From contig CAZEBU010000003.1 of assembly GCA_964510435.1 (NCBI GenBank), positions 1 to 63,946 of the forward strand: a stretch of 63,946 bases of DNA, in the 5' to 3' direction. A program made the translations under genes and the position numbers. Shown here piece by piece: positions 61,752 through 63,946 of the stretch. This DNA comes from an uncultured Candidatus Saccharibacteria bacterium (lineage in GTDB: Bacteria; Patescibacteriota; WWE3; UBA101185; UBA10185). Each line of letters opens with the position of its first letter. Position 1 is the stretch's first letter. The notes beneath the pieces were generated by a model. The model did not search any database, was not told the DNA's origin, and saw only the letters and a program-made list of their open reading frames with translations.

Positions 61752-63146
61752 ATGTTAGCAAAAATAAAAAGAAGTGAACAATACGCGCAAAAAGTTTTCG
61801 AAGGCCATATAAGACTTTGTGGTGAAACTTTGTATCGTCATGCTACAAATGTACGCAGAAGATTGATCGATATAGGTATCAAAGACGAAAATTTGCTCAT
61901 TGCGGCAATTTTGCACGATATAAATAAATTTAAAGAAAAAAGGATATTAGAGGAAATCAAGAAAGAGTTTGGAAATGACGTATACAACATATTGGTTTTA
62001 TATAAAAAATTCCACGATACAGATATAAAAATTGATTCCCCAAGCAAGAACAACAGTGAGTACATAATTCAGGCATACATAAATATGGCAGAAAACCCAA
62101 ATGTTCTACTTTTACTGCTAGCTGATAAGACTGAGAATTCCAAAACTTTGTATGCGCTAAGTAAGAGTTCAAGAATTAGTGCGGCAAAAAAAGCACTATA
62201 CTTATATGCTCCGATATGCAGGCTGGTGGGATTGTATTTCTATGCTTTAGAGCTCGAAAAGAATAGTTTTATGATCCTCTATCCTAGCGAGTACTTTAAA
62301 ATTACCAAGGTACTTAAAGAAAAATCTATCATCACCAAGAACGTGCTGGAAAACCTAAGAGAATTAATTTATGAATATCTGGAAAAAAATAATGTAGCAT
62401 CAACCATTAAATACAGGATAAAGAGTGAATACTCAATTTTTAGAAAAGTTGTTAAGTACAGGAAAGATAAGAGACAGCGGATAAAGTACGAGGAACTCTA
62501 TGACGTTGCTGCTATAAGAATAGTCGTCGACACAGTGGAGGAATGTTATATGGTTGAAGATCTTTTAAAAAAGATATGGCCGGCTCATGAAGAAGAAAGA
62601 GATGATTATATCACTAACCCCAAACCATCCAATTACCAATCGTTGCACAACATTTTTACCATTGAAGAGAGATTTGATGTTGAAATACAAATTAGAACGC
62701 GGGAAATGCATCGGGAAAGTGAATTTGGTAATGCCAGCCATCTGTTTTATAAGTTTGGTGAAAGGTTCAAAAAATACCTTTCTAAAAACCCCGAGTGGAT
62801 AAAATCGCTCTGGCTAATAGATTCTGACAAAAAAATTGCACTTTCCCATTTTAGTGACTTTGTCTATGTCTTTACTCCTAAAGGGGATATTATCGAGCTA
62901 GTAAGAGGGTCCTCAGCTCTTGACTTTGCCTACGCTATCCATGAAGAAATTGGTAATAGATGTATCGGAGTGTTGGTAAACAAGCAAATTAAAAAACTAT
63001 CTTATGAACTAAACGATGGAGACAAGGTAGAGGTAAAAATATCCAGCGCTAAAAATAACGCTAACCGTGATTGGTTAGATTATGTAAAAACAAAGTATGC
63101 AAAAAAGTGTATTCGTAAAGTGATCAGGAACAAAAAAAGACTCTAG
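61752..63146 (+). CDS. RelA/SpoT-family (p)ppGpp synthetase/hydrolase (short form with TGS domain)
   Basis: HD (AAILHDI), RIKSEYSIFRK, YDVAAIRIVV, NYQSLH, EIQIRTREMH and TGS VFTPKGDIIEL. Confidence 0.85.
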   Translation: MLAKIKRSEQYAQKVFEGHIRLCGETLYRHATNVRRRLIDIGIKDENLLIAAILHDINKFKEKRILEEIKKEFGNDVYNILVLYKKFHDTDIKIDSPSKNNSEYIIQAYINMAENPNVLLLLLADKTENSKTLYALSKSSRISAAKKALYLYAPICRLVGLYFYALELEKNSFMILYPSEYFKITKVLKEKSIITKNVLENLRELIYEYLEKNNVASTIKYRIKSEYSIFRKVVKYRKDKRQRIKYEELYDVAAIRIVVDTVEECYMVEDLLKKIWPAHEEERDDYITNPKPSNYQSLHNIFTIEERFDVEIQIRTREMHRESEFGNASHLFYKFGERFKKYLSKNPEWIKSLWLIDSDKKIALSHFSDFVYVFTPKGDIIELVRGSSALDFAYAIHEEIGNRCIGVLVNKQIKKLSYELNDGDKVEVKISSAKNNANRDWLDYVKTKYAKKCIRKVIRNKKRL

Positions 63147-63186
63147 TTACGTGATTTAGTAGACCTATTTTGATAAGATTAAGCGG

Positions 63187-63946
63187 ATGTCACCTTTTAA
63201 TCACAAGAAAATTGAAGATAGTTGGAAAGATAAATGGTACGAAGATAATATCTACGAAGCAATAGATTTTTCTGAAAAGCCTAAAAAATATATATTGGCT
63301 GAACTTCCTTATCCTTCAGGCAGCTACCTGCATTTAGGACACATGATGCGCTATACGGTACCAGAAATATATTCACGATACCTTAGAATGCAGGGCTTTA
63401 ATGTGATGTACCCCATGGGGTGGGACTCCTTTGGGTTGCCTGCGGAAACATATGCTATAAAAGCTGGTAAAACACCTAAGCAAGTAATTGACGAAACAAA
63501 GGAAAGCTTCAGAAATTCCATGAAAGATATGGGCTATGCTATTGATTGGAATAGGGAAGTAAATACTTCTGACCCGAAATATTACAAATGGACCCAATGG
63601 ATCTTTTTGAAATTATGGGAGAAAGGCTTGGTTGAACAGAAAGAAATGCCTGTTTGGTGGTGCGATGAGCTGGGAGTCTTAGCAGACGAGGAGGTTCTAC
63701 GTGACCCTGATAGCCCCACCGGTAAAAAATCGGAAAGGGGTGGCTACACTGTTTACAGAAAATATCTAAAGCAATGGGTCTTAAAAATAACTAATTATGC
63801 CGAAAAATTACTGGAAGGATTAGACAAGGTTAACTATTTTGAATCGGTAAAAATAGGTCAAATTAACTGGATTGGCAAAAAAAAGGGATTAAATATTATC
63901 TATCCTGTAGTTGGCGAGGAAGATCTAATATATTGTTTTACTACCC
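63187..63946 (+). CDS. leuS: leucine--tRNA ligase, N-terminal fragment (3' end outside the window)
   Basis: Manual translation gives MSPFNHKKIEDSWKDKWYED..LPYPSGSYLHLGH (HIGH)..GWDSFGLPAE. The frame is open to the window end. Confidence 0.9.
   Translation, partial: MSPFNHKKIEDSWKDKWYEDNIYEAIDFSEKPKKYILAELPYPSGSYLHLGHMMRYTVPEIYSRYLRMQGFNVMYPMGWDSFGLPAETYAIKAGKTPKQVIDETKESFRNSMKDMGYAIDWNREVNTSDPKYYKWTQWIFLKLWEKGLVEQKEMPVWWCDELGVLADEEVLRDPDSPTGKKSERGGYTVYRKYLKQWVLKITNYAEKLLEGLDKVNYFESVKIGQINWIGKKKGLNIIYPVVGEEDLIYCFTT

Noticed and set aside
1-63946. Alternative genetic code (UGA recoding, as in some CPR lineages).
   Set aside because: Conserved genes end at TGA where expected (for example the rfbF/epimerase ATGA junction and the small ORF/recombinase 2 junction). 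Full-length homolog-like proteins are obtained with code 11.

Overview
Low-GC, gene-dense bacterial chromosome segment that uses the standard code (TGA serves as a stop). It carries eight tRNA genes that all encode their 3' CCA. The gene families present (DUF5652, DUF2207, GT39-like, RtcB, many small membrane proteins) suggest a Patescibacteria/CPR-like genome, but that taxonomic call is inference only.

The window has three parts.

(1) 1-7.4 kb: a UPF0182 gene tail, two GIY-YIG paralogs (one decayed) bracketing a ~2.6 kb insert that carries an AbiEi/AbiEii toxin-antitoxin pair, a DEAD-box helicase and a P1B-type metal ATPase.

(2) ~7.4/8.2-29.45 kb: an integrated mobile/defence island that ends at tRNA-Gln(UUG). 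It holds two large serine recombinases, a mobilisation module (T4SS coupling-protein-like ATPase, replication-relaxation protein, frameshifted ArdC-like gene, candidate oriT) and stacked defence cargo. The cargo is a PLD nuclease, a LexA-headed SIR2 operon, an HpaII-like R-M system with Vsr, an HsdR remnant, a retron-type RT with HTH partner, a DUF2779 nuclease, an SF1 helicase and Abi-alpha.

(3) 29.5-63.9 kb: mostly housekeeping. This includes rarA, a CDP-hexose cluster, rtcB embedded in a tRNA array, a MacAB-like efflux system, polyprenyl-phosphate genes, helD-like, rsmI, rpmG, relA/spoT and leuS. It also contains a few odd repeats.

The most interesting candidate for an undescribed system is the translationally coupled operon LexA - small PD-(D/E)xK-like protein - SIR2 - 2-TM protein at 10481-13403.

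All calls come from reading the sequence and translated motifs by eye. No database search was run.
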